Part shown: piece by piece, positions 13,294-26,005 of the stretch | Layout of the letters: every line of letters starts with the position of its first letter | Numbering within the stretch: the stretch's first letter is position 1 | Origin: Octopus sinensis | Taxonomy: Eukaryota | Assembly (NCBI RefSeq): GCF_006345805.1 | Contig: NC_043008.1 | Coordinates: forward strand, 20,894,001 to 20,958,000 | Direction of reading: 5' to 3' | Length of the DNA stretch: 64,000 nt | The notes under the pieces: generated by a model | What the model was told of the DNA's origin: nothing | What the model saw: the letters and a program-made list of their open reading frames with translations, nothing else | Databases searched by the model: none | Made by a program: the position numbers and the translations under genes

Positions 13294-13715
13294 TATTTCT
13301 TTATTGCCCACAATTGGCTAAACATAGAGGGAACGAACAAGGATGGATGTAATCGACAAATTAAGTCGATTACATCGACCCCAGTGCGTAACTGGTACTT
13401 AATTTATCGACCCAGAAAGGATGAAAGGCAAAGTCGACCTCGGCGGAATTTGAACTCAGAACGTAACTGCAGACGAAATACTAATTTCTTTACAACCCAC
13501 AAGGGGCTAAACACAGAGACGACAAACAATGACAGACAACCGGATTAAGTCCATTATATCGACCCCAGTGCGTAACTGGTACTTATTTAATCGACCCCGA
13601 AAGGATGAAAGGCAAAGTAGACCTCGGCGGAATTTGAACTCAGAGCGTAACGGCAGACGAAATACCGCTAAGCATTTCGCCCGACGTGCTAACGATTCTG
13701 CCAGCTCGCTGCCTT
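13294..13715 (-). mobile_element. SINE family B dimer
   Basis: A full tRNA-like head at 13715 plus a second head-less unit. Junction gacgaaatac-taatttc at ~13480. Confidence 0.85.
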
Positions 13716-14557
13716 AGAAAAACCTTTCTGATATCCATTCCTTCCCTGATATGAAATTTTGATAAAAGATTTATTGTTTCTAATATAGGCACATATTGGA
13801 AAACAGAGTTGTTCCACCGCATGAACACTTGTCTTTGAAAGGTAATTTATTTAAGCTATCTATCGGCAACAGGGGCCTGAAAATTAAATTTGGCCTCAGC
13901 AGTATTTGAACTCAGAAAGTGGTGCGCTGTTAAACAATGCGGTTCCTAATTTAGGAACGAGGCCAGAAATTTGGAGGAAAGGAGAATATTCGACCCCACT
14001 GTGTGACAGGTACTTTATTTCATCGAACACGAAATATTAAAAGGCAAAGTTGATCCTGGCGGGATTTGATTTCAAAATGCAAAGATTCAGAGACATTATG
14101 GCAAAGCGGATTTTCCTAGTAGCGATTTTGCCAGCTTATTTTACATGCCTGTTTTATTTGAATCTTCGAGATAGTCCAATTACCAATTAAGATATATCCA
14201 GTTTTTGTGTTTATTTCGTATAATTTGGACCGAAACAGCTGGGTAGAAATGATTTCTATTTGTGTAATGCCAACTCAATTTAAAACCACAGCTAACATTT
14301 AACGTGACAAAAACTCACGTTAGTTGCTTAAAACTAGATGACACAACTCTAGAAAATGAGAATTAAATATCATAACTATAGATATTAGAAAGTGCAAATA
14401 ATTGTCACAGATCCCGGATTATTCTATATTCGATCTTTCCCTATTCTGAAAATGTTTAGATTCGAATATTTCCGAAATTCTATTCATTATATTCCTCAAA
14501 CGACATAAAGCCATCCGCCGCTTAGCTTAATGATAATAGATATCCATCAAACGAGTT

Positions 14558-14790
14558 TGTTTCTTTATTACCCACAAGGGGCTAAATATAGAGGAGACAA
14601 ACAAGGACAGACAAACGGATTAAGTCGATTACATCGACCCCAGTGCGTAACTAGTAATTAATTTATCGACCCCGAAAGGATGAAAGGCAAAGTCGACCTC
14701 GGCGGAATTTGAAATCAGAACGTAACGGCAGACGAAATACGGCTATGCATTTCGCCCGGCGTGCTAACGGTTCTACCAGCTCGCAGCCTT
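14558..14790 (-). mobile_element. SINE family B, full length, with TSD
   Basis: 18-bp TSD ATATC(C/T)ATCAAACGAGTT at 14540-14557 and 14791-14808. Confidence 0.9.
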
Positions 14791-14963
14791 ATATCTATCA
14801 AACGAGTTATTTATCCCACAGAGTTCACGAATCAACAACAGGCAATTTGCAAAAACGTTTCTTTTCAACAAAGAGATTTGTTCAAAAATGCGAACTTGTA
14901 ACAAACCTGCTGTCGAAGCTGGAAACCAAGACTCGATTCACCGGAAGATTATGAGCAACATTG

Positions 14964-15346
14964 TGGAGGCGCAATAGCCCAGTGGTAAGGGCAGCGGACT
15001 CGCGGTCATAGGATCGCGGTTTCGATTCCCAGACCGGGCGTTGTGAGTGTTTATTGAGCGAAAACATCTAAAGCTCTACGAGGCTCCGGCAGGGGATGGT
15101 GGTGATCCCTGCTGTACTCTTTCACCACAACTTTCTCTCACTCTTACTTCCTGTTTCTGTTGTACCTGTATTTCAAGGGGCCGGCCTTGTCACTCTCTGT
15201 GTCACGCTGAATATCCCCGAGAACTACGTTAAGGGTACACGTGTCTGTGGAATGCTCAGCCACTTACACGTTAATTTCACGAGCAGGCTGTTCCGTTGAT
15301 TCGGATCAACCGGGACCCTCGTCGTCGTAACCGACGGAGTGCTTCC
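14964..15346 (+). mobile_element. SINE family A, full length, tail type 3, with TSD
   Basis: Perfect 13-bp TSD ATGAGCAACATTG at 14951-14963 and 15347-15359; A and B boxes present. Confidence 0.92.
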
Positions 15347-15944
15347 ATGAGCAACATTGCTACATAAAACTTTTCATTACAGCACTGAGAATTAACTCTT
15401 CATTTGTCGCTGACTTACTCAGCTGTTTTATAATGAGTCAACAATGGATGGCTCCACATGAACTGTGCTTGGTGTTCGAGAAACTAAAACATAAATGTAC
15501 AGCTGATAAATTAATAGAAATTGTTCAAGATGCTTGAAAGATTCGATCAATATCTAGCAAACAGAACCATGGAAACAAAAGATTATAATATAAGAAACAT
15601 CCATTCTATTGGCAGCTCTTCTTTTTACGAATATTATTCTTATCCGTGTTCGTTTTATGACTTTATGCCATCTATACGTTTCTTCTGGTAACACCCACGT
15701 CGAACAATAACAGCTAATGAGATGGCCATCCAACACACGTTTGCTCAGTAGTAATATACATGTCAATGAGAATAAAAAGAAATAATAATTGAAGGATTCG
15801 AAAAAACCACATTTCCAAATCATCCAAGAATACTAGAGAAAGATTTTTCCTATATAACTATACAAAAGATTTCCTGCAACGTCAACATTCAGTTATAGAA
15901 ACTGCAGTGTCACTACTATTAATTCATGTTTATGTTATAAGTGT

Positions 15945-16935
<991 letters not shown>

Positions 16936-17429
16936 AGAGGAGAGTTAGTGAGAGAGAGAAAGAGAGAGAAACATACATAAATACGTGCACACGTATAAGC
17001 ATATATGCTGACAGAAGGGGTGGAAGAGTATTTTGCTAAAACTTAAATAGCAAAGTTTTTTTTAATAATGTTACGAAGTATAAAGTATGCCTAAACCAAA
17101 TGCAAAAACATCCTACCGTTGTTGTATTTAGTTCTACTTTCTCTGTCCTAGGCCGTGTATGTATCCGTTTTATATAAGGTACACACACACAAACAGACAC
17201 ACAGACACACAAACACACACGCAGAAACACACACATATGCATACACGCACACACACGCACACATAAATATACCTATGTATACATATATAAAAAATGTATG
17301 CTTACATATAGGGTGCATTATATTATATATACATGTATATATATATATTTATATATATATATATATATATATACATATATATACATACATAAATATACAT
17401 ATAAATATACATACATATGTGTGTATATT

Positions 17430-17590
17430 TATTTTCTCTCCTTGTTTTTTTCTGTGTTCCCTTCTGTGGAAGAGCGTAGGCTCGAAACGTTAAAGACTTT
17501 TTTAATTCCCGAGCGTTATACTATTACATCTGTTTGTTGTCTACACCACCTGTCTTTGTCTTTTGTGTTTTTGTGAATTCTCCCTGTATA
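17430..17590 (+). mobile_element. Short repeat family D (hammerhead-like motif, PLE pLTR-like), ending at (TA)n
   Basis: CTGTGGA-A-GAGC-GTAG-GCTC-GAAA-CGT-T at 17464-17491. Other copies at 40722, 46975 (-) and 62655. Confidence 0.7.
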
Positions 17591-17646
17591 TATATATATA
17601 TTATATATATATATATTATATAAAATATATATATATATATATATAT

Positions 17647-17795
17647 GTACGTATATGTGTATGTATGCATGTATGTATGTGGCATGTAGGTATGTAAGTA
17701 TGTATGTCTGCTTGTATGTGTTAAATATGTATATCTGTATATGTTTATGCTATGTGTGTAAATTTATACATGTACTGTATTCATATAATACATGT

Positions 17796-17840
<45 letters not shown>

Positions 17841-17924
17841 TGTGGGGGCACACGCACGCACACACACGCACATACGCACATATACATACATACATACATA
17901 CATACATACATACAAGCAAATAGG

Positions 17925-17974
<50 letters not shown>

Positions 17975-18035
17975 CATACATACATACATACATACATACA
18001 TACATACATACATACATACATACATACATACATAC

Positions 18036-18074
<39 letters not shown>

Positions 18075-18083
18075 CATAGATAC

Positions 18084-18154
<71 letters not shown>

Positions 18155-19119
18155 TTGAAAAGAACGACACATCAAGAGAGTTTGACATAGGCGGTATTAG
18201 TTTAACTTTTAAAATAATGAGTCGTAACACTTTAAGCAAAACACAAAAGCATAATAAAAATGGGGAAAAGAAATGATCTTTGTAAAATAAAAAACAGCAA
18301 AGCATATAGGAAGGAGAGTTTAATATCGGAAGCGAGAACAGTAGGCGTGGTGCGCGTGTTTTTGAAAAGTGCATATACATACGTATATACGTATATATAT
18401 ATATGTATGTGTGTGCGTGTGTGTGTGTATGTATATAAATGCATATGCATATAAACACACATATATATATATACACACACATATATATACATATAGAAGG
18501 TAGAAAAGTAATGCATGAGTTGATATGTATAAGGGGAATAAGACAAGGTAGAGAATATTAAAATTATTTTATCATGAAGTACATTTTAGTACCGGTTTCC
18601 GCCTTTTAGACGTTTTCAACTAACAGTAAAATAAGAAAAACAATTAAATTCGAGAAAACAATTAAGTGAAATGTTTTGTAGATATTTCCATAGTCTTCAT
18701 ATAGTCTGTCTGTTTCTCTCTCTTCTAGAGAGTGAGAGACAGACAGACAGATAGACAGACTATTTGAAGACTATGGAAATATCTACAAAACGTTTCACAT
18801 AATTTTTTTCTCCAATCTAATTGTTTTTCTTATTTTACTCTAAGTTGAATAAGTTTAAAAGTTCGAAAACTTGTACTAAAATGTACATCATGATAAAGTT
18901 ATTTTAGCATTTTCTAGTTTGTCTTATTTTCTTATATATATATGTGTGTGTGTGTGTGTACGTATATGTGTATGTATGCATGTATGTATGTGTGCATGTA
19001 GGTGTAAGTATGTATGTCTGCTTGTATGTGTTAATATATGTATATCTGTATATGTTTATGCCTATGTGTGTAAATTTATACATGTACTGTATTCATATAA
19101 TACATGTCCTATATATATA

Positions 19120-19157
<38 letters not shown>

Positions 19158-19289
19158 TATATATATATTATATATATGTGCTGTGTGAGCACACACACGC
19201 ACACACACAGCCACATCGCACATATACATACATACATACATACATAATACATACATACATACATACATACATACATACAAGCAAATAGG

Positions 19290-19387
<98 letters not shown>

Positions 19388-19687
19388 GATATTGAAAAGA
19401 ACGACACATGAAGAGAGTTTGACATAGGCGGTATTAGTTTAACTTTTAAAATAATGAGTCGTAAAACTTTAAGCAAAACACAAAAGCATAATAAAAATGG
19501 GGAAAAGAAATGATCTTTGTAAAAGAAAACAACAAAGCATATAGGAAGGAGAGTTTAATATCGGAAGCGAGAACAGTAGGCGTGGTGCGTGTGTTTTTCA
19601 AAAGTGCATATACATACGTATATACGTATATATATATGTATGTGTGTGCGTGTGTGTGTGTATGTATATAAATGCATATGCATATAC

Positions 19688-19732
<45 letters not shown>

Positions 19733-20192
19733 GAAGGTAGAAAAGTAATGCATGAGTTGATATGTATAAGGGGAATAAGACAAGGTAGAGAATATTAAAA
19801 TTATTTTATCATGAAGTACATTTTAGTACCGGTTTCCGCCTTTTAGACGTTTTCAACTAACAGTAAAATAAGAAAAACAATTAAATTCGAGAAAACAATT
19901 AAATGAAATGTTTTGTAGATATTTCCATAGTCTTCATATAGTCTGTCTGTTTCTCTCTCTTCTAGAGAGTGAGAGACAGACAAACAGATAGACAGACTAT
20001 TTGAAGACTATGGAAATATCTACAAAACGTTTCACATAATTTTTTTCTCCAATCTAATTGTTTTTCTTATTTTACTCTAAGTTGAATAAGTTTAAAAGTT
20101 CGAAAACTTGTACTAAAATGACATCATGATAAAGTTATTTTAGCATTTCTAGTTTAGTTTGTCTTATTTCCTTATATATATATGTGTGTGTG
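17647..20192. repeat. Tandem duplication of a ~1.3-kb unit (17647-18957 and 18958-20192)
   Basis: Unique stretches such as gatattgaaaagaacgacacat... and gaaggtagaaaagtaatgcatgag... are repeated with few SNPs; microsatellite lengths differ between units. Confidence 0.9.
18559..18906. mobile_element. ~350-bp foldback MITE-like palindrome (second copy 19796-20142)
   Basis: Imperfect arms of ~170 bp (taaaattattttatcatgaagtacattttagtac ... gtactaaaatgtacatcatgataaagttatttta) centred near 18725. Confidence 0.75.
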
Positions 20193-20387
20193 TGGGTGTT
20201 GTGTGGTGGTGTGTGTGTGTGTGTGTGTGCGTGTGCGTGTGTGTGTATGTATGTATGTATGTATGTATTATATTTCTGGATGATCGTTTTTGTTCTATTA
20301 ACAATAGCTCTTTCAACACACTGTTTCACATCAGGAATCTTGCAACACAAATGTGTGTGTGTGTATGTATATATATGTATATATAAG

Positions 20388-20424
<37 letters not shown>

Positions 20425-21122
20425 AAACAAAAGGAATGGTGTCACCGAGAATCAAGCGCAGAATGTTATGTAAGTCTCGTGCACATGGAATGCACAGAAA
20501 AATACCAAATGGTTATAAGGCTCTAACTCTATCCATTTCCTACTTGCCATCACTGGCTGTTCTCGATTCTGTGCAAAGAACTTTTCAAGACTAAATGTGC
20601 GATATTCGTCACTAGGGGGTACCAGGTCTGTTTCTTACGTTCACATGCTGAAAGATTCTTCCAAGATTCCAATATGATTGTTTGTAACTCCAGCATCCCT
20701 ATATACTGATACAAATCTCTTGGAAAACATTTTGAAACGCAACTTGCACAGTTCTCGTACAAATCCTTGTTTCGAAAGAAGATGCTGAGACTCATATGGA
20801 AGATGTGGAAGCATGTTTGAATTAACTACTTCCCACCACTGACTCTTCAAGACTGGCCGCATTGTTCTACAGAAGTTATTATACCGTTCATTCCACTGTC
20901 CATGTTCCATGGTACTCCTGTTTCTAAGACAGGGACTTTGTTGCGTTAATGACAGCCTGAGACAAACTGAGAGAAACTAAATCGTGTCCGTAGATTGGTC
21001 TATTGGTAAGAAAAGCTTTAAATATATGTGCATTCCCAGGAAATAATTTTGCAAGATAATTTGCCGATTAATGACACCAAAATATTTCAATTATAAACAA
21101 CAGCAACAACAACAACAACAAC

Positions 21123-21184
<62 letters not shown>

Positions 21185-21185
<1 letters not shown>

Positions 21186-21369
21186 CAGGACTTACAAACA
21201 CATATAGCATACAGAAAATTGCACTACTAGGCACTGCACACATCCTACGCAGAACACTTTCCATACAATAACCATCAGAGCATCACAACAAATCACAGCA
21301 CATACCCAAGGCACACAGAGCTGCGCTCGGTAGTGAAGTGAAAGCACGCTAAAAAAATAAAACTACTGA
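21185..21369 (+). mobile_element. R4/Dong-clade LINE 3' end (family X)
   Basis: PGLTNTYSIQKIALLGTAHILRRTLSIQ* plus 3' UTR, flanked on both sides by (AAT)n. Confidence 0.7.
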
Positions 21370-21375
21370 ATAATG

Positions 21376-21439
<64 letters not shown>

Positions 21440-21440
21440 C

Positions 21441-21656
21441 ATACATCATATCCTACGCAAAATACTTTCTATGTAATCTCAAGTTTTAAAACAAACATAA
21501 TTTGTTTTTTGACATTCACTAGTACAACACTAAATACAAAACCAAATATATGGCACACTAGGCATAACAACATCACGAACTTCCAACCTGTTGTCTCTTG
21601 AGGTCTCTGGGTGAGATTTGGAGCCAACTTGTACAAATATAAAGCAAAAGTCAAAC

Positions 21657-21660
<4 letters not shown>
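21441..21660 (+). mobile_element. R4/Dong-clade LINE 3' end (family Y)
   Basis: HILRKILSM* plus a different 3' UTR, flanked by (AAT)n. Confidence 0.55.
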
Positions 21661-21715
<55 letters not shown>

Positions 21716-21718
<3 letters not shown>

Positions 21719-22545
21719 GAAAGCGAAGGTTTCATCCTGGCTGCTCAGGATCAAAGCCTATTAACCCGGAACTACCAGGCCAATGTGATGAAAAATGGAG
21801 CAGACCCAAAATGCCGATTCTGCAACGACATGATTGAAACAGTGGACCACCTAATCTCTGGATGTAAAGTCTTAGCATCAGTGGAGTAAAGATTAAGACA
21901 TGACAGAGTTGGCCAATATCTCCACTGGCTAATAAGTCGGCATTACAATATCAAAACTGCCGACAAGTGGTATGATCACCACCCTGAGGCTGTAACTGAA
22001 GGAGAAAATGTAACCATTCTGTGGGACTTTCCAGTACATACAGACCGAACCATCAAGGCCAATAAACCAGATATTGTTGTGAAAGACCAAAACAATAAAG
22101 TTTGCTTATTGATCGTCATGAGCATCCCCTGTGATCATAATATCTCAGCGAAAGAGTTTGACAAGCTCAGAAAATATAAAGACCTACTCATTGAAATTGA
22201 GAAAATGTTGGCATCTCAAGGCGGTTACAATACCAGTGATCGTAGGAGCACTAGGAATGATCAAGAAGGGAACCGAAAATTATATGAGAATGATCCCTGG
22301 CTTACCATCCCTGCAAGAAGTGCAAAAGATTGTCTTAACTGGTACATCACACGTATTGAGAAGAGCATTGTCGATGTGAGAACTGTTGCTGCTCATGTAT
22401 TTTAATTTAACTTAAAAAAAAAAAATGAACGAACTGTTGAGTTTGGTTTAATGGCCTACCAATGTATACTATGAGTTTCTTTGCCCTAGGAGTCGGGAAG
22501 ACACTCGGCAAGAAATGGAAGCAAATTTGAAAGAAGAAAAAAAAA
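21716..22545 (+). mobile_element. 5'-truncated R4/Dong-clade non-LTR retrotransposon (CCHC zinc knuckle plus restriction-like endonuclease)
   Basis: TESEGFILAAQDQSLLTRNY...CRFC...ETVDHLISGC...RHDRV...ILWDFPVHTDRTIKANKPDIVV...KLRKYKDL...IPVIVGALG...QKIVLTGTSHVLRRAL. One in-frame stop and one frameshift; embedded in (AAT)n. Confidence 0.9.
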
Positions 22546-23550
22546 TAATGATAATAATAATAATAGTGCTGTTTTCGACAAACGTCGTATGCTGGTAGTG
22601 TTAATATTATGGACGTAGTTATGACCCATTCATTTAGAAGACAGAAACAAAACCGAAATATGCCTTCTATATGCAGCTACAGATTTCAGGCATATGTTAC
22701 ATTTTGCTTCGTATTAATGATATATTGAGTAAGCATTAAAAAATTCTTGGGGCAAGCCTTTGGATTCTGCTTTCATCAGAGAAGGAAAATTAGGATTCTT
22801 TACTAATGCTGTTGATCATTGTATAAATGAGGATATTAGCAAAATAATTGTTTCCGATCATGTTTGATGACATGTCTGAACCATTATAAAATGGGAATTC
22901 TAAGAATCTCCAACATTACTGAAGATCCTTGTACATCATTTGAAGATCCGACTAAAAGAGATAAGTAGTAATATTTTACAAAATTTCAGCCATTTTGACG
23001 TTTTACTGAGATTTTTCTCGAGAACACATTCTTCGTTGTAATGGCGATATGACGTCTATGTTTAGCATATTAGGTGTCCACTTTAGTGGTTATTCCTCTT
23101 AATAGACTTCGATGAGACACTAACTTATTTACATAAACATTGTTGAAGAACGAAAAACAGGTGTCGATGCAAAAATTGAAACATTCTGTCGCGAAACTGA
23201 TATTCACACTTAATCGATCATAGCTTCCAGTTTGAATAACTTTCACAATGACAATCAATAAACCCTGTTGCCAGTCATTAAGTAAAGTATTTCTAGCCAT
23301 ACCAACTGACCTATGCGAGCATGGACAACTTGACGTAGATCTGATAAGAACTAAAATGGAGATTGCTAGTGTCAACGTGGGGGGAAATGTCAACCTTTTG
23401 TAGTGACGTTTGGTAGTATTAAAACTGACTTAACTTTTATATCATATTTTGTTTTATCTTTTAGCCAATAGCATTCATCATTGTTGTGAACAACAATGGC
23501 TTCTGCTGTGTAAAGAGACTGCGTTCACACTGACAAGTAATATATATATA

Positions 23551-23766
23551 CATACAAAATTAAGAGGAAGAACCACTGAAGTGGACACCTAATACGCTAA
23601 ACATAGACGTCAAGTCGCCATTACCACGAAGAATGTGTTCTGAATAAAAATGGCGTTTTGCTGAGATTTTTCTTGAGAACACATTCTTCGTGGTAATGGC
23701 GATTTGACGTCTATGTTTAGCATATTAGGTTTCCACTTTAGTGGTCATTCCTCTCAATTTTGTATG
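23551..23766. repeat. Foldback with ~91-bp inverted arms and a 34-bp spacer; third copy at 22997-23103
   Basis: Arms 23551-23641 and 23676-23766 are reverse complements with few mismatches. Confidence 0.85.
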
Positions 23767-23870
23767 TAACACAATTTTTAATCTTCCGACTTTTTAAATA
23801 TGCTAAACCACTGGTTTTAATTGATTAATATCAATTTCTACCCTTATTTTATACACACATATATATATAT

Positions 23871-24729
23871 AGCAAATATCAGAATTGAACAGCCGAAATT
23901 TGCTATGATGATTCGGTGTCTGACTGAAGATTGAAGGCTTCGAATGATTTGTCTGTGTTCCGTGTTCGTCCCTTCCTGTATTTCACGTTCATTATATATA
24001 AAAACATTCATTCTTATATTATTGCGGCGTTACGTGCACCCCCCCGTTTGTTTGTCCAATTTTAAACCCTGCACGACTTCTATACACACTGTCTTTTACT
24101 ACCCGCCATTGCTTCTTCACCAAACTTTTTTGGCGCCCTCCGATTCTTCCCTCTCTTCCTCCCATCCTCCTCCCCTCTTCCTCCCATCCTCCTTAATCCC
24201 TTCTTTCTCCTTCTCTCTTGGTCACTGATTCTGTCCCCTGCCTTCCACCCTCTTTGATTCCCTCTCTCTCTGTCTCTCTTTCTCTCTCTCCTGCGACCTG
24301 CTGCTTCTTCAACCATTCTGTTGGCCTTCGTATCTCGACCAACATGTGTCCCCGCTACCGAAACGGTAATTATTTCTACGCCAGCTGCTATGTTGTTGTT
24401 GTTTTGTCTCATTTGGTCTAAAGTCGTATGACAACCACCGTTATATACATTTTGTTTTTCATTACTGTTTTCAATTTCGTTTTCGTCTCTTGTATTCACA
24501 TCCGTCTTGTGCGTTCACATTCCTGTCTTCTACCAAGAAATCTAATGCTTACAGCTTAGTTTTTTTTCTTGGGGCTGGCCGAGTTGGAGCAAATATCAGA
24601 ATTGAACAGCCGAAATTTGCTATGATGATTCGGTGTCTGACTGAAGATTGAAGGCTTCGAATGATTTGTCTGTGTTCCGTGTTCGTCCCTTCCTGTATTT
24701 CACGTTCATTATATATAAAAACATTCATT

Positions 24730-24736
<7 letters not shown>
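23871..24736 (+). mobile_element. Non-autonomous element with identical 149-bp terminal direct repeats, inserted in (TA)n
   Basis: 23871-24019 is identical to 24588-24736. The internal ~570 bp is non-coding and pyrimidine-rich. Confidence 0.75.
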
Positions 24737-24767
<31 letters not shown>

Positions 24768-24769
<2 letters not shown>

Positions 24770-25599
24770 CTGCGATGGGTAAATTGTCGCCATTTTATAT
24801 CTTTAATTTTCCGTATGTGCATTGTTTTGTTTAGGATTTTGTCAACTACACTGTATAGTAGAGTCAGATGGGTACTGTCTGTGACGAAAACAGCACCATG
24901 ACGCAATTCCCTCTGCCAGAAATTTGGAAACAACATGCTGTTCTACTTGGCATTCACATCGGAAGCTCCAATACGAACATTTTAGAGTGTTTGGGTGTCA
25001 ATCTGAGAACAGTGCAGAGGATTCGGAAACAGTTGGATGAGTTTAATGGGGATAACGAAGGTACGGCAGCTGGGAAAACTCACTCTGATAAGAAAAGAAT
25101 TCCTAAATTTGTTGGTGAGATTCAGACCATGATTGTCAACGATCCCTCCAAGTCAATCAAGTGGATCATCAGGGAAAAGGGAGTGTCTGAATTTCTTATC
25201 GGGCAGGTAATGCATGAAGACGTTCGGTATTCCTCATACAATATGAGAAAGGGCCAGTTTTTATCCCAAGCTATCGAGGGCAAGAGGAAAGACCGCGCTA
25301 CGAAGCTTTTAAACAAACTCAAGCATTCCTTACAACCAAACATGTTTTATATCATATTTTGTTCTCAGAGGAGAACATTTCTACCATTATCTGATGGTGA
25401 AATAATCGTTGGCTTGCCCCCAAAACATGTACCGAGAGTGATAAAAATCAAACATCCAGTCAACATCATGATGTTTGGAGTGATCACCAGCCATGGTGAC
25501 AGCCTCAGACCCAACACGGAGGCCTACACCAAGTGCCTAGAGGAGGTAGTGCTGCTCTGGGTGAATAGGATCGCTACTAGAAGACCCTATATTTGTTAA
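24768..25599 (+). mobile_element. maT (DD37D, Bmmar1-like) transposon, 5' part with truncated transposase (ORF 24868-25599)
   Basis: TA followed by the left end. HTH region, then KHPVNIMMFGVITSHG...NTEAYTKCLEEVVLLWVNRIATRRPY; cut before the QQD motif. Confidence 0.8.
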
Positions 25600-25609
25600 C
25601 AGGCTACTT

Positions 25610-26005
25610 TTACTTCTTTAATTTTCAAAATCGAAATAAACAAAATTCCTTTTTAATCTAAAATATACTGTCCCTCATTTTCTACAAAATTCACTTATCC
25701 GTGACGAAAAATTCTCCTCCAGTATTGTTCTGACCTCATCTACAGGATTCATATTTTTTCCATCCAAATAATTTTGAAGACTGCGGAATAAATGGTAATC
25801 AGATGGGGAAATGTCCGGCGAATATGGTGAGTGGGGCATCGTTTTCCATTCAAACTGTTCCAGCCTTTGGAATGCCATCCTCCCTGTATGTGGCCGAGCA
25901 TTCTCCTGATGGAAGAACACCTTTCGTCTTGAATGGCACTGGTTCTGAACCCGGAACGATGTGGTTGAGAAACAATCTTCTTACTACACAATCACACGTC
26001 CTTAC
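25610..26005 (-). mobile_element. Mariner (DD34D) transposase C-terminal fragment
   Basis: FFHQENARPH...MPHSPYSPDISPSDYHLFRSLQN. Confidence 0.85.

Noticed and set aside
23910-23960. Hammerhead or box C/D snoRNA inside the 149-bp direct repeat (ATGATGA, CTGA, CTGAAGA)
   Set aside because: GAAA is GAAT, there is no valid NUH or stem I, and the C and D boxes are too close with no terminal stem. Kept only as a note in the finding.
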